NCBI GenBank assembly: GCA_950097015.1
Contig: CATNEN010000002.1
Span: 8,184,001-8,248,000 of the forward strand
Direction: 5' to 3'
DNA: 64,000 nucleotides
Source: Macrostomum hystrix
Taxonomy: Eukaryota > Animalia > Platyhelminthes
Shown: piece after piece, positions 1 to 11,350 of the stretch
How positions within the stretch are numbered: the stretch's first letter is position 1
How the letters are laid out: each line of letters opens with the position of its first letter
The notes under the pieces: model-generated
Databases searched by the model: none
What the model was told of the DNA's origin: nothing
What the model saw: only the letters and a program-made list of their open reading frames with translations
Translations under genes and position numbers: made by a program

Positions 1-1121
1 TTTGTTATAATGTATGGTTATGTTTTTGCTCAATGCAGATTGCATTGATATTTGAAACGCTGCACGTTTTCGTCGCATGACGTGCAGCTGTTTGAGGTCA
101 CTGTGTAAGAATTCAGATTCAAATCCAAGTGCTAGTAGTGTGAGACACTACACCTCCACTCCCATCTACACCAAAGACTACCATTGACTACCTTTGAATA
201 GAATGCTACTAACCTATAAACTTTAGACTCCTAGCATAGTTAAAATCATTCTTTAAGGATTTGGAGCTAAAAGACGTTGCTTTTTTATTTGTAAAATTTG
301 TAACTGGGTCATGGGATATTATAAAAACAACCATTAAAAGATGTGTTTTCCTGTGACAAGGTTGTATCGGTGTTAAGGAAACCTCTTTTATGGTCATTCA
401 CATTAAGATTTTCCTTTCATGCTACTTCTTGGCCTCTTGGAGCCCTACCTGTTAGCCAGAAGGAAAGAGACAATGATTTCTACACAATCTGCAATCGGCC
501 AGGCTGCTTTTGGGGGCATAATTCATGGGCAACAAAATGGGCATTTCTGTTTATATTAAGAACTCCCTATTCTATTTGCTTGTCAGTTGTCACTTGGCAA
601 ATTTTGTCTTGGAAAATTCTAACTTAAAACCTGTCCCTCTATTTTTATGTTTTGTCTATAGACCTGTTGATGACTCTTATCTTGTCAACATTACAAAGTT
701 GTGGCTTTGTAAATTCAGGCTATTGCCTATTAGGTTAACAAATCCATCTAGCCCAATCTATTTAATTGGATACTTTAATGCCCACTTTAATGCCCATATT
801 ACTTTAGCCTAGCCTATGTATCCTAGAAACTGTGATTTCATTTATATATAATAAATTTAATTTGATATTTGGTAAATTTAACAATTGTTATTTTAGTATG
901 CCCAATATCTTGGCTGAAATCAAATGGCACAGATGCCATGGATGCCCATTGTAATATTCTTAAACCAATAGGAAATTCTGATCACTATCTGATCTCTTGT
1001 CATTTACCTAATTTGATGGGTAAATTTCAATTTCAATACCTCTTTGGCCGCATTTGATTAGCAGGTATGGCAATGCTGTCTGCTGCATTTTTTCAGTAAG
1101 TTTAAGATAGCAAGGATTCCA

Positions 1122-1203
1122 GGTGGCTAGGTGGGGAGTTGGGTGGCTAGGTGGGGAGTAGGGTGGCTAGGTGGGGAGTTGGCTAGGTGGGGAGTTGGGT
1201 GGC
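1122..1203. repeat. 20-bp minisatellite (GGGTGGCTAGGTGGGGAGTT), about 4 copies
   Basis: Tandem units read directly; one related unit recurs at 7378-7392. Confidence 0.9.
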
Positions 1204-1212
1204 TCCATTGAC

Positions 1213-1419
1213 TCCATTGACTATGGCCTAACAAACTTTGTCTCGGAAGTTGGCGGCATCATGGGCATCTATCTGGGCATGTCGCTTCTAACCTTGTGCA
1301 AGCTGCTTGAGTTCCTTCACAACTGTGTAGCCTCCAACTGCTGCTCAAAGCCTCGCTGTCTCTCTTCTAAGGTAGAAGAGTGCGCTGTGAAATCCACTAG
1401 TTTAGAGATGGCCGATTAG
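1213..1419 (+). pseudogene. ENaC/degenerin-family channel C-terminal (TM2) coding fragment, orphan exon
   Basis: YGLTNFVSEVGGIMGIYLGMSLLTLCKLLEF matches the DEG/ENaC pre-TM2/TM2 pattern Y-x-(L)-x-x-x-x-(D/E)-(I/V)-GG-x-(M/L)-G-x-x-x-G-x-S-x-x-T. No clean acceptor lies directly upstream, and no other ENaC exons were recognised. Confidence 0.65.
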
Positions 1420-1514
1420 TGAGAGCAAGAAAGCGACCACTAATTTACAGGCATAACTGTATTGCTACTGCAGTTCTGCAAAATATGACTATGGAAAACG
1501 GAAAACAAACCCAT

Positions 1515-1650
1515 TGGCATTGGCATCTGTCTGGCGTCTGTTCGGCATTAGCATGGTGTTTGGCATGTGTCTGGCATCAGTTTGGCATTGGCATAGTGTT
1601 TGGCATCTGTCTGGCATTAGTTTGGCGTCTGGCATTGCCAGCATTGGCAA
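1515..1650. repeat. Degenerate TGGCA-rich tandem repeat
   Basis: Repeated ggcattggcat/ctgtctggc/gtttggc motifs. Confidence 0.7.
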
Positions 1651-1837
1651 ACTTTTGAAATATAGTTTTGAAAACAGTAGCAAAGGTATAAAACTCCTCG
1701 CACGGAGGAGACGATTTCGGAGTTAAGCTTCGTGAAAGTACCTGAGAAAATAGATTCAAATTCAATTCATATAATCCAGCATAAAAGTGGATTCGGTTAA
1801 TTTAGGTTAATAAAGGTTAATTTTAAGTTTAAGTTAA

Positions 1838-2300
1838 ATAGCGGGAGCGATAGCGGGAGCAATAGCGGCAGCGATAGTGGCAGCGATAGCGGCAGCGATA
1901 GCGGCAGCGATAGCGGCAGCGATAGCGGCAGCGATAGCGGCAGCGATAGCGGCAGCGATAGCGGCAGCGATAGCGGCAGCGATAGCGGCAGCGATAGCGG
2001 CAGCGATAGCGGCAGCGATAGCGGCAGCGATAGCGGCAGCGATAGCGGCAGCGATAGCGGCAGCGATAGCGGCAGCGATAGCGGCAGCGATAGCGGCAGC
2101 GATAGCGGCAGCGATAGCGGCAGCGATAGCGGCAGCGATAGCGGCAGCGATAGCGGCAGCGATAGCGGCAGCGATAGCGGCAGCGATAGCGGCAGCGATA
2201 GCGGCAGCGATAGCGGCAGCGATAGCGGCAGCGATAGCGGCAGCGATAGCGGCAGCGATAGCGGAGCGGATTACGGAGCGGATATCGGAGCGGATAGCGG
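1838..2300. repeat. 12-bp minisatellite (ATAGCGGCAGCG)n, about 35 near-perfect copies
   Basis: Direct reading; it explains the AAAI and RYRC ORFs. Confidence 0.97.
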
Positions 2301-2378
2301 AGCACTGCATAATACAGAGATGTTTCACATTTCCCTACAGAAGCGGAACCACTCCCCGGACACTCCTGATGCACACTC

Positions 2379-2409
2379 CTGAATTATGTTATTGGCGATA
2401 TACAAAAAT
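2379..2409 (+). repeat. 31-bp direct repeat, copy 1 (CTGAATTATGTTATTGGCGATATACAAAAAT)
   Basis: Identical to 5667-5697. Confidence 0.9.
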
Positions 2410-2553
2410 TGTTCATTTTTTAGACTGGGAAGTATGTGTAGAAGATGAGCAATGTAGCAGATGATCGATGCAATATATTTTGTCATGCTTCATTTTGCTT
2501 TTTCCTTATAAAGCATAAGCCTTTTCTTTTTTCAGAAATCAGAAAGCTCACAT

Positions 2554-5500
2554 ATGTTGTCACCTACAGATCGCAACAGCATCTTTGCGGCAGCTAGAAT
2601 TCTCAATGAAACGGAGGAATACGCAAACCTTTTGAATTTGAGTGCAGAATTCCGCGAACTCTATAAGTGTATTAGCGAAGCATCCATAAAGGCAGGAACC
2701 ATTGGGTTTAGCTTAGTTTTCGGTCCAAGTGGTACTGGTAAAACAACCCTGCATAGGTATGCTGCAGATGTTTTCAAGAAGGCTAGCTTCCCCACCTTTG
2801 TCCTGCCTTCTGATATCGCCAATGAACAAGCCGTTGTGACTGCTCTTGAAAATAATGGGTACAGTGAAGTTTCTGCTATTCAAGAGTTTGGAATCCAAGT
2901 TGGCGAGTTCATTATTCAGCAACTAAGTCAAAATCGTTACGCTGAGCTTCGATGTTCTAATGATTTATTTGTGGCATCCATGCTGGAACCGCGCAAACCG
3001 TTTAAGAGACTACCAGGATTCGTTCTGTTGCATGATGCCACAAAAGAGGACAATCCAAATCCTGAAAAAAAACGCTGGTCTCGGAACATCTCCCACACTG
3101 CTTGCGAATCCCTTTCATCAAGTGTGAATGAGAGCCCAAAAGCCAAGAAGATGAGACTTGCGTACACATCACCACCACACCGCTACTCTGGGTCACAACC
3201 GAGTGTGAAGAAGTCCCCGTTGCAGGATTATAATGACTGCAAGGAAGCTCCACCAATCTTCAAGTTTGAGGTTGGATCATCTGCCATCAGTTACGTTTCC
3301 ACTTTGTATGTCTGATTCGCACATGGCTGAAATGTACACTGACATTGACGACAACAAATACATCACTTTTATGACAAGCCTCATGAGGGGATTGTCTGGG
3401 ACTGGCACTACTGGAAGCGGTGCCATTGTGTGCTTCAGCAGTCGTCTTTCTCCACCCATGAAAGTGGACTATGAACGTGGAGAAGTCTTTGCTGCTACTG
3501 TAACTTCTTCAGCAAGACCTATTGTATACATGCGCCTAAACCCTGCCGTGTCGCCAGCAGAAACTGACTGCATTCATCGGTGAGTTTCCTTTTAATTAGC
3601 TATTGTGTTATTGAGCGTGTCAAGCCTTGTTATTTCTGATCTTATCAGCACCGATTAATCAGTTCAGTAGGCAGGAGTTCATACTCAGTTGGTTAGAATA
3701 TATGTGAGCACTATCATTATTATGTGACATTAGGGGGTTGACTGGCTGGGTCCGAAATTACCGCTAATGGGGGTGTATGTTATGTATTGACAATGTCTCT
3801 CATTAGGGTCTATTCGAATTCGCCGGGGAGAATGAGCAAATTTCTGAGGGAAAGTGGGGGCCAATACAAGACTGTCCCTGTGGGTTGAAAAATAGGGCTA
3901 AAAATACTGGTTTGGGAGAGTATGGCCGCCTAGCATTAACAGTGTTCTCTGTCAAAACAACTATGATCACGCTTTTCCTCTCACAGGTATGTGCATACCA
4001 AACTCGTCGAGACATTAGAATCAAGTGGATTCCGCATAAACTCCGGTTTCAACCACTCGATTGCACGACTGCTAGGGCTTGCAATTACCGGATTAGAGCA
4101 TTCTATGCTGCGTTTAAAAGATTTTATTATCCAGTTAGAGGCGTGTTACCCTCAAGACGGACAAACTGAGTCCGGCCAGTTTTCCGATTCTTTGGAAAGA
4201 AAAATAGTCGATTTCTGCATGTCTGGCAACTTGACGGAATTAGAGGCAATTCACCTTGAGACAGTGGTCCGCAATGTCCCCGAGGGTTGGGAAGATTCTT
4301 TCTGCGCCAAATTGCTTATCGCAGCCTTCTCTGATGTGCCAGTGTCACTGACCAAACATGCAACTCGGGATGCAGTGCTTCATTCCATTTTCCGTGTAAT
4401 TAGCCAGTCTCCAATGAATAATTCTTCTGATATTTGCGTCCGCGTGGACAGTCGAATTACCAAAGTAATATTGACAAAACTGCAGGAATCGATCAAATGC
4501 AAACTCACTCAGGACATTCTCGGTTACTGCTGTGCTGTTTTGTTGCAGGCCGAAATTCCGAGTCACACAGGCACTGCTGTTCCCGGGGAGGCAATTTTCT
4601 TCGGTACTCGATTTGAGCAAGCATTTTTCTGCAAAACTGTCCTGCTATTTTGTTGCACCCAAATTGCATTTGAGAAGCTTCCTCGCAATTGTTTTGGGCT
4701 GAGACAGCTGTTGCAACTCGGGTCAGATTCACCAACGAGCCAAAAAATGCAGGGGTGCGATAGGAACGAAGATGCTTTGCCCACGGGGCACAAAATCCCG
4801 TTAGTACGCTACTGCAAACGTGCTACCTTGATTAATCTGGAGGCCATAATCAAAGATTTCACCCAAGAGTTGACCAGGGAGGACCAGTCGGTTGTCAAAT
4901 TCCTTGTCGTGAACACGCCAAATGTGACATCAGTGGACGTGGTGCTGGCTTGCGCTACATGTACCAGAAGACCGGACGCGAATGTGGATAGGAAGATGAC
5001 GATTTGGCTGATCGAGTGTAAGTCGCTGTCTTTCATTATAAAATTGTAATTGTAATTGTAATTGTAATTGTAATTGTAATTGTAAAAATGGTATTTAAGT
5101 TGTCGTTGTATTTAGGATTTAGTTGTAAAGTTAAAAGTATTTCAGTCTAATAGATAGTGAGTAATGGACTGTGTTTTCTGTGAAACCGACTATTGGTCAC
5201 AAGTTTCCTTGGACCACTGTGATGTTTAAAGGACAGTTCTCAATTCCTTCACATATAATATGGAGAGGAATATTCACATTAGGTAATTTTTCACTAGCAA
5301 AACACTTAATAATTTCCAGGCAAGTCATCGCTGCTTGCTGGACAGGATTTCAAAATGGCAGACAAGGACAGCCTGCTTGCAAAAGGCCAGCTGACATTTG
5401 AGCGCATTAAGACCGCAGCATCATCTGAAAACTGCTCTCTGAAGCTGAGCTACTCTATTCAGCTACTGAACAGGTCAGTAAGCTTCCAGGCCGCAGATCG

Positions 5501-5558
5501 GGAGCAACCGCCCCGTGCTGCGAAAAAGATTTCGCCATGTAGTAGAGATCTCTTCTAA
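2554..5558 (+). CDS. Spliced P-loop NTPase + PD-(D/E)xK restriction-endonuclease-fold protein, 740 aa; exons 2554-3305, 3379-3579, 3987-5017, 5320-5558 (possible upstream exon 2341-2431)
   Basis: Walker A GPSGTGKTT and Walker-B-like FVLLHD. Introns 3306-3378, 3580-3986 and 5018-5319 all start GT and end AG, and they join four separate ORF-track ORFs in frame (2223 nt). Splicing across intron 3 (t|gtaagt...ttccag|gc) recreates the IECK motif after a VDVVL strand. The first intron could instead be a frameshift. Confidence 0.65.
5044..5083. repeat. (TTGTAA)n microsatellite in predicted intron 3
   Basis: About 6.5 perfect copies. Confidence 0.95.
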
Positions 5559-5666
5559 ATGCCGTTGCACGGACCTGCGCAATCAACTTCAGGAGGCATT
5601 TCGTGGCGGAGATCCTGGCGAAGGGGAACCTTGTGTTGATATAGTGCGTTAATATGCTTGACAGTG

Positions 5667-5697
5667 CTGAATTATGTTATTGGCGATATACAAAAAT
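5667..5697 (+). repeat. 31-bp direct repeat, copy 2
   Basis: Identical to 2379-2409; the pair brackets the NTPase-nuclease gene. Confidence 0.9.
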
Positions 5698-6511
5698 GGT
5701 ACATTTCAAAATGCGGATGGCAAATCGCAGAAGCGTTAACGGAAGTGATAGCGGAAGCTAATAATATGTTATTTTTAGCTGTGCGCAGTGCACTTACTTA
5801 TTCTGTTGTTACTTTTTACACTTTGCATTGCTGCATGAATGACTTTTTCTTTACAAATACTGCAATTCAGAAAGCCCCAATAAGAAATGTACCATTTTTT
5901 ATACTGCCAGTACATACTGCTCCATCTATTTTCTGCTAAATGCACTCGTACATGTCCTTTCTCACAACGCACCACACACAACGTTGCATGCGCACTCAGT
6001 GTCGGTGTCAGCATTATTATTTTAATAATCCTTTCTATACACTTTTTGTATCCAATTTCTTCAAGTCATGCAAACCTAAAATCTATTAATTTTTATTTCC
6101 TCATCTTGGTTGACCTGTAATAATAATACGGTAATAATTCAAGAGTAGGTTGGGTGGAGCGGATGAATTATTATCTCTAGAAGTCTCTGGTTTGACTGTG
6201 GCTGGTTGGGGAGGTTTGGCTATTGGAGAGAGATTGGTGAATGTGCCGAAAAAGCCTGCCTCCCCAGGACTATGAAATACTTTTCAGGACTTTTCAATTT
6301 TTGCTTTTGATTTCAATTTTTCAATTTTATCAGTCTTATTCATTTTTGCTTTATAGGCGAGAAGGGGTAGAATGAGGAGAGAATATTTATTTGCACCTCA
6401 ATGCACCAAAACACGGCCCACAAAATTGAAAACAATATTAAATCGAGCAGAAGACATGCAGCTTTATGCACTCGTGGTGCACAAGATTATGACTTTTGCG
6501 ACTTGCCATCA

Positions 6512-7365
6512 CTTGCAGATGCGACTTGCTCTTCAAAGCGTGCCGAGTTCTCTCCCTGTCCCAATTCTTGCAGATGCGACCTGCTCTTCAAAGCGTGCCG
6601 AATTCTCTCCCTGTCCCAATTCTTGCAGATGCGACCTGCTCTTCAAAGCGTGCCGAGTTCTCTCCCTGTCCCAATTCTTGCAGATGCGACCTGCTCTTCA
6701 AAGCGTGCCGAATTCTCTCCCTGTCCCAATTCTTGCAGATGCGACCTGCTCTTCAAAGCGTGCCGAATTCTCTCCCTGTCCCAATTCTTGCAGATGCGAC
6801 CTGCTCTTCAAAGCGTGCCGAATTCTCTCCCTGTCCCAATTCTTGCAGATGCGACCTGCTCTTCAAAGCGTGCCGAATTCTCTCCCTGTCCCAATTCTTG
6901 CAGATGCGACCTGCTCTTCAAAGCGTGCCGAATTCTCTCCCTGTCCCAATTCTTGCAGATGCGACCTGCTCTTCAAAGCGTGCCGAATTCTCTCCCTGTC
7001 CCAATTCTTGCAGATGCGACCTGCTCTTCAAAGCGTGCCGAATTCTCTCCCTGTCCCAATTCTTGCAGATGCGACCTGCTCTTCAAAGCGTGCCGAATTC
7101 TCTCCCTGTCCCAATTCTTGCAGATGCGACCTGCTCTTCAAAGCGTGCCGAGTTCTCTCCCTGTGCCAATTCTTGCAGATGCGACCTGCTCTTCAAAGCG
7201 TGCCGAATTCTCTCCCTGCCCCAATTCTTGCAGATGCGACCTGCTCTTCAAAGCGTGCCGAATTCTCTCCCTGTCCCAATTCTTGCAGATGCGACCTGCT
7301 CTTCAAAGCGTGCCGAATTCTCTCCCTGTCCCAATTCTTGCAGATGCGACCTGCTCTTCAAAGCG
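6512..7365. repeat. 55-bp tandem repeat, about 15.5 copies
   Basis: Unit CTTGCAGATGCGACCTGCTCTTCAAAGCGTGCCGAATTCTCTCCCTGTCCCAATT; it explains three overlapping 55-aa-periodic ORFs. Confidence 0.97.
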
Positions 7366-8074
7366 AAATGAGATGAGGGGTGGCTAGGTGGGCAGTTTTA
7401 GGTTAATTTTAAGTTTAAGTTAAATATCTTAACTTAACGCCTCGGCGGATTTTCTTCCGCGGGCATCACAGTCTTATCCAGTTTTGGCCATGTTTCATCA
7501 TCACTAAGTTTCTAAATAGCAAATGTGTCACTTTAGGCAGCTTTTTTGTATCTATTAGGCAATAGATATAACAATCACTGCTAACTAAATAGATATAACA
7601 CCCTTTAAAACTGTTTGCCTGTGAATAAATTTACTTAGCTATGAAATATTTAGGATGAAAAACATTATTACAGATATGTTTTTTGACTACTATATAAGTA
7701 GTGCAATTTGCGCATGCAAATGTCCCATCCGTTTTTAAGAAAAATCTAAAAAATTTTTTTTCAAATAACTCTTTTCACCTTTTGAAAGTCTAAATTAATA
7801 ATCCAGGCGAAAAAAGGTATAATTTACTGGTCACAGTAATTTTTATTAGTTTCAGAAACAAAACTTTGCGGTTCTAAAGGTCCAGGGTCTCTTAGGGGGC
7901 CAAAAAGGCTCCAGGAGTGGCCTATCTTTTTTCCTCTTGGAGATATCGTCTTGAAAACATCGAATTCAAAAAATCCCGCGCGAAAATTAATCTAGAGACA
8001 TTCTAGGAGCTAGAGAACTGGTCGAACTCGCATCGCTGGAAAGCGTCAAAACCTCCTCATTGTCGAGATAGGCC

Positions 8075-8362
8075 GGTAGCACGACAATTGCCTGCGCACA
8101 ACTGACTGCGCGACAACTGCCTGCGCGACAACTGCCTGCAGTGACAACTGCCTGCGGCGACGACTGCCTGCGCGACAACTGCCTGCATTTCGTTAATGAC
8201 GTTTACGTGCATAGTAGGTGGCAGTGAATTATACCAATTCTCTATAAGTATTAAATGGTACTATATGGCATTGATTTATTGCTGCTTCCTTTTTAAATGT
8301 TAAAAACGTACAAAGGCACAAAGGACAGGCGATTAGTGAAACAAGTGAATTTTTAGTAGTTA
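8075..8362 (+). repeat. MULE left TIR (about 7 units of a 15-bp repeat plus about 175 bp unique)
   Basis: 8188-8362 is the near-identical reverse complement of 20592-20770. Confidence 0.9.
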
Positions 8363-8737
8363 CTAGCAAGTTTAGCCCCCCTTCGGGGAGCAGAAATATT
8401 TTTAATTCTCGTCCAGTAAATGCTTTTTAGCAGCAGTAAAATTTTCAGCTTTTTTAAAGCTACAATTATTAACTATTATTATTAATTAAATAATTAATTA
8501 AGTTCTAATTTGTCCTTAATTATTATTAAGAACAACTATTATTCAGTGTATATTGGTACATGTATTATAATTTCCATTTTAATACATTACTAACAGCGGG
8601 CGGTTTGTTTTAGTGCTGAGTTTTAGATTGTGCAAATTGCACAAAAGCTAAATGTTTTGAATAATTTACCGCGTCATATACTAATGGAATGATCTTTAAC
8701 TATTTTTATTTGCAGTTGAATTGACTATTAATCGTTT

Positions 8738-9356
8738 TGTTGTAGGGCCCTCTTATCTTTTTGCTTTTCCTCTATTAATCTCTAATTACTTAAGGTTTAG
8801 TTTGTAAATTTTTGGTAGGATTATCTTAACTATGGGTTTATGTATTCATAAATGACTTCTAAGTATCAGCTTTTGAAAGGAAAGACCTCTTGTTGTCTGT
8901 TATATCTATAGGTAGCGATTTACGTGTGTCCGAGCGGCAAGACACTTAATTAATACTGGTCATAACGCACAAACTTTATTGATAAATTTGCTACAATACG
9001 TACTGATTTGAGTTTTCCAGTCCTAATCAGGTTACCAATGGACTAGAGTTGCCCAGTCAATTACACAATTTGAATAACTCCTGGCTTTTAGTTCTATTAC
9101 AGCTTGGCTTTATCTCAATAGGAAGGTATGAAATGAGTAAGACACTTTTAACGATAATATGTAAAACACTGTTTAACTCGCGAGTGAGCGCGGAACTCAG
9201 GTTGTCTTTCTCCTCAAATTCCCTCTATATTTATAGGATCACATTGGGGTGGCGTACCCCACTAAAACACGGAACCATTTAAACAAAAGTTATACGGTAA
9301 CATTATTTCGCGCCAATTTGACTTTAAAATGTTTTGATAATTATTACGCTGCCTCA
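8738..9356 (-). repeat. Gypsy 3' LTR (619 bp)
   Basis: Appears identical to 17109-17727; the same 77-aa ORF occurs in both at offset 8371. Confidence 0.97.
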
Positions 9357-9612
9357 ACTGGCTTCCCTAAGGTAAATTTTTTGAACGCAGAAGTACAAGT
9401 GATAAAAATTACCAAAACGCAACTATAAAAGAATGTAAGTACAATTTAAGCTAAGGTACAATGACATAAAAATAGTACACATAAAGAAGATTTTAGCAAA
9501 AGAAAAACACATACTACCTCGTGCAAAGACATTCCATAAAACATGAAACACATAAAATGACAGAATATGACAGGCATACCTAATAGACTAAAACTTGCCT
9601 ACACACTAAAAT

Positions 9613-11040
9613 TCAGATAAAAAGGCATTCGCTAGGAACTGGCATAACACGTGGCCAACCCACAATGCGGGCTAGCCAGCGAATTTCAATATTAAGAACA
9701 ATGTCATTAAATTGGTACTGATTTGACTCAATCGAATGTTTAGCGTATTGTACGGCCCGACGCCAAGCTGCAACGGCGTATTCGCCATTGAATTCGTCCA
9801 GTATACGGCGAACCACCGGCCGAACGTCCTCCCGCTGAGGGAATTTACGATCGAGACGAGCGTACGCCACGGACATGAGATACTGCTTAAGCAGTTGTAC
9901 GTGGTGCTTGTAATAATCAGCACGGCTCGGGGTCAGATTCCGTAATAGAGCCGGAAAGTCTTCTCCCAGGCGATTGTTCGCCGGCGATTGCTGTTGCTGC
10001 TGCTGTCGACGCTGCTGCTGCCGGTGCTGCTGCTGCTGCCGATGCTGTTGCTGCCGATGCTGTTGCTTGAGCTGCAGGCTCATTAGAGGCTTTGGCTCTG
10101 GCAGCGGCTGACTCGGCTGATGTACTGCAGAGTGTCGATGCAACCGTGGCTGCCTATGCCTGGGCCCTGGAGCCGTCGGCGACTGTGATGGTGATGGCAG
10201 CTCCAATTCTTCTGGTGTATCGCCCTCCGAATCCTGCTGCGACGATGACGGCTGCGACAGCGGTAGCTGCGGCTGCTGCGACGATGATGGCTGCGACAGC
10301 GGTAACTGCGGCTGCTGCGACGATGATGGCTGAGACAGCGATGGCTGCGGCTGCTGCTGCGATGACGGCTGCGACAGCGGTAGCTGCGGCTGCTGCGACG
10401 ATGACGGCTGCGACAGCGATGGCTGTGGCTGCTGCTGCGGTTGCGGCTGTGAGGGCTGCCGCGGCGGCTTCGGCTGGATCCGGGCAAATCTCTTCTTGCC
10501 CTCTTCGACAGCCGGCTGCGGGACTGGTGCTGGTTTCGGCGCTATAGGCCTACAGTACGTACGATTTGGCCATTGATCCTGAGCAGAAGCTCCAGGGATG
10601 GTGATCAGTATTGCGGCTTTAGAGCTCATCGGTTGACGTCTGGCCATTGATTCAGCAATCGGCACCTCCGTCTCCGCCTGGTCCTTCAGGATTCTGCAGC
10701 GTTTGACGGGGTCTACCGGGACGGGCAACCGTGAATTCGGTGCGGACCTCTTGTGAGAACCTCCGGCTTGCGGAACATTACGTCCTGGTGATTTTGACAC
10801 TAGCCGACCACTTACATTGGCTAGCCGAGGAGCAGTTCGCGTCCGGAGTGGGGCTTCATTTTCTTGATCATCCATGATCTCCACAATCTCACTCTCGGCT
10901 GGGACTTCTGCCTGAGTGATAATGACATTTTTCTCTGATGGATTAATCTCAGCATTGGAGCTGAATGGGGATAGGTCTATTGTTACTGCTTCTAGCAGTC
11001 TATCAAATTCGTCGGGGTCCAATATATCTTGTTCGGCCAT
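9613..11040 (-). CDS. Gypsy third ORF, 475 aa from first ATG, Q/P/S-rich, not env-like
   Basis: Open frame between pol and the 3' LTR. No signal peptide or TM segment visible. Basic motifs (KRSAP, VKRCR), (SQPSSSQQPQLPL)-type repeats, poly-Q and an approximately 110-aa non-repetitive C-terminus. Confidence 0.8.
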   Translation of the reverse strand: MAEQDILDPDEFDRLLEAVTIDLSPFSSNAEINPSEKNVIITQAEVPAESEIVEIMDDQENEAPLRTRTAPRLANVSGRLVSKSPGRNVPQAGGSHKRSAPNSRLPVPVDPVKRCRILKDQAETEVPIAESMARRQPMSSKAAILITIPGASAQDQWPNRTYCRPIAPKPAPVPQPAVEEGKKRFARIQPKPPRQPSQPQPQQQPQPSLSQPSSSQQPQLPLSQPSSQQQPQPSLSQPSSSQQPQLPLSQPSSSQQPQLPLSQPSSSQQDSEGDTPEELELPSPSQSPTAPGPRHRQPRLHRHSAVHQPSQPLPEPKPLMSLQLKQQHRQQQHRQQQQHRQQQRRQQQQQQSPANNRLGEDFPALLRNLTPSRADYYKHHVQLLKQYLMSVAYARLDRKFPQREDVRPVVRRILDEFNGEYAVAAWRRAVQYAKHSIESNQYQFNDIVLNIEIRWLARIVGWPRVMPVPSECLFI

Positions 11041-11125
11041 GACGGCAATTGAAATGTAAAACACACAATTAGTGGGGAGGTTCAAGACGAACGGACAGTT
11101 GACATTTGCCCGCCTGCTGTTCTCG

Positions 11126-11272
11126 TTTATATAGGCGACAAAACTAGGGGTTGTCGACTCCCAATTGGTTGACTGGAGTTTTCTTCAAATTTTACTGGCT
11201 CCTTGGAAGACCCTTAATTCTTGAATTCTATTGGCTCGCTTACTATCCCTTGGTTCTCGGTTTCTATTGGCT
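11126..11272 (-). promoter_or_regulatory. Putative internal Pol II promoter for Gypsy ORF3 (TATA + CCAAT boxes)
   Basis: On the minus strand: TATATAAA at 11126-11133, AGCCAATAG twice (near 11230 and 11266) and a third CCAAT near 11164, about 85 bp upstream of the ORF3 ATG. Confidence 0.55.
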
Positions 11273-11350
11273 TGTGAGACTTTCCCATATAGTCATCCCT
11301 TGACATCGTGCGAGCTTGCTTTCACCCCTGTTACGTAATCATCCCCTCTC

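Noticed and set aside
1829-2464. Long ORFs (AAAI, RYRC) over the 12-bp array, and similar ORFs over the other arrays
   Set aside because: They result from stop-free tandem units open in several frames and strands. Only the 78-bp repeat lies inside a supported exon.
3385-3420. GLSGTGTT as a second P-loop
   Set aside because: It lacks the essential Lys and a preceding hydrophobic strand.
5044-5083. (TTGTAA)n as the 3' tail of a retroposed element
   Set aside because: It falls inside predicted intron 3, and the gene retains introns.
6512-7365. 55-bp array as a CRISPR array
   Set aside because: Units abut with no unique spacers, there are no cas genes, and the context is eukaryotic.
9049-9282. 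77-aa ORF present twice (also 17420-17653)
   Set aside because: It lies within the LTRs on the antisense strand and is duplicated only because the LTR is.
9613-11085. Gypsy ORF3 as an env gene
   Set aside because: No signal peptide, furin-type site with fusion peptide, or transmembrane anchor is visible.
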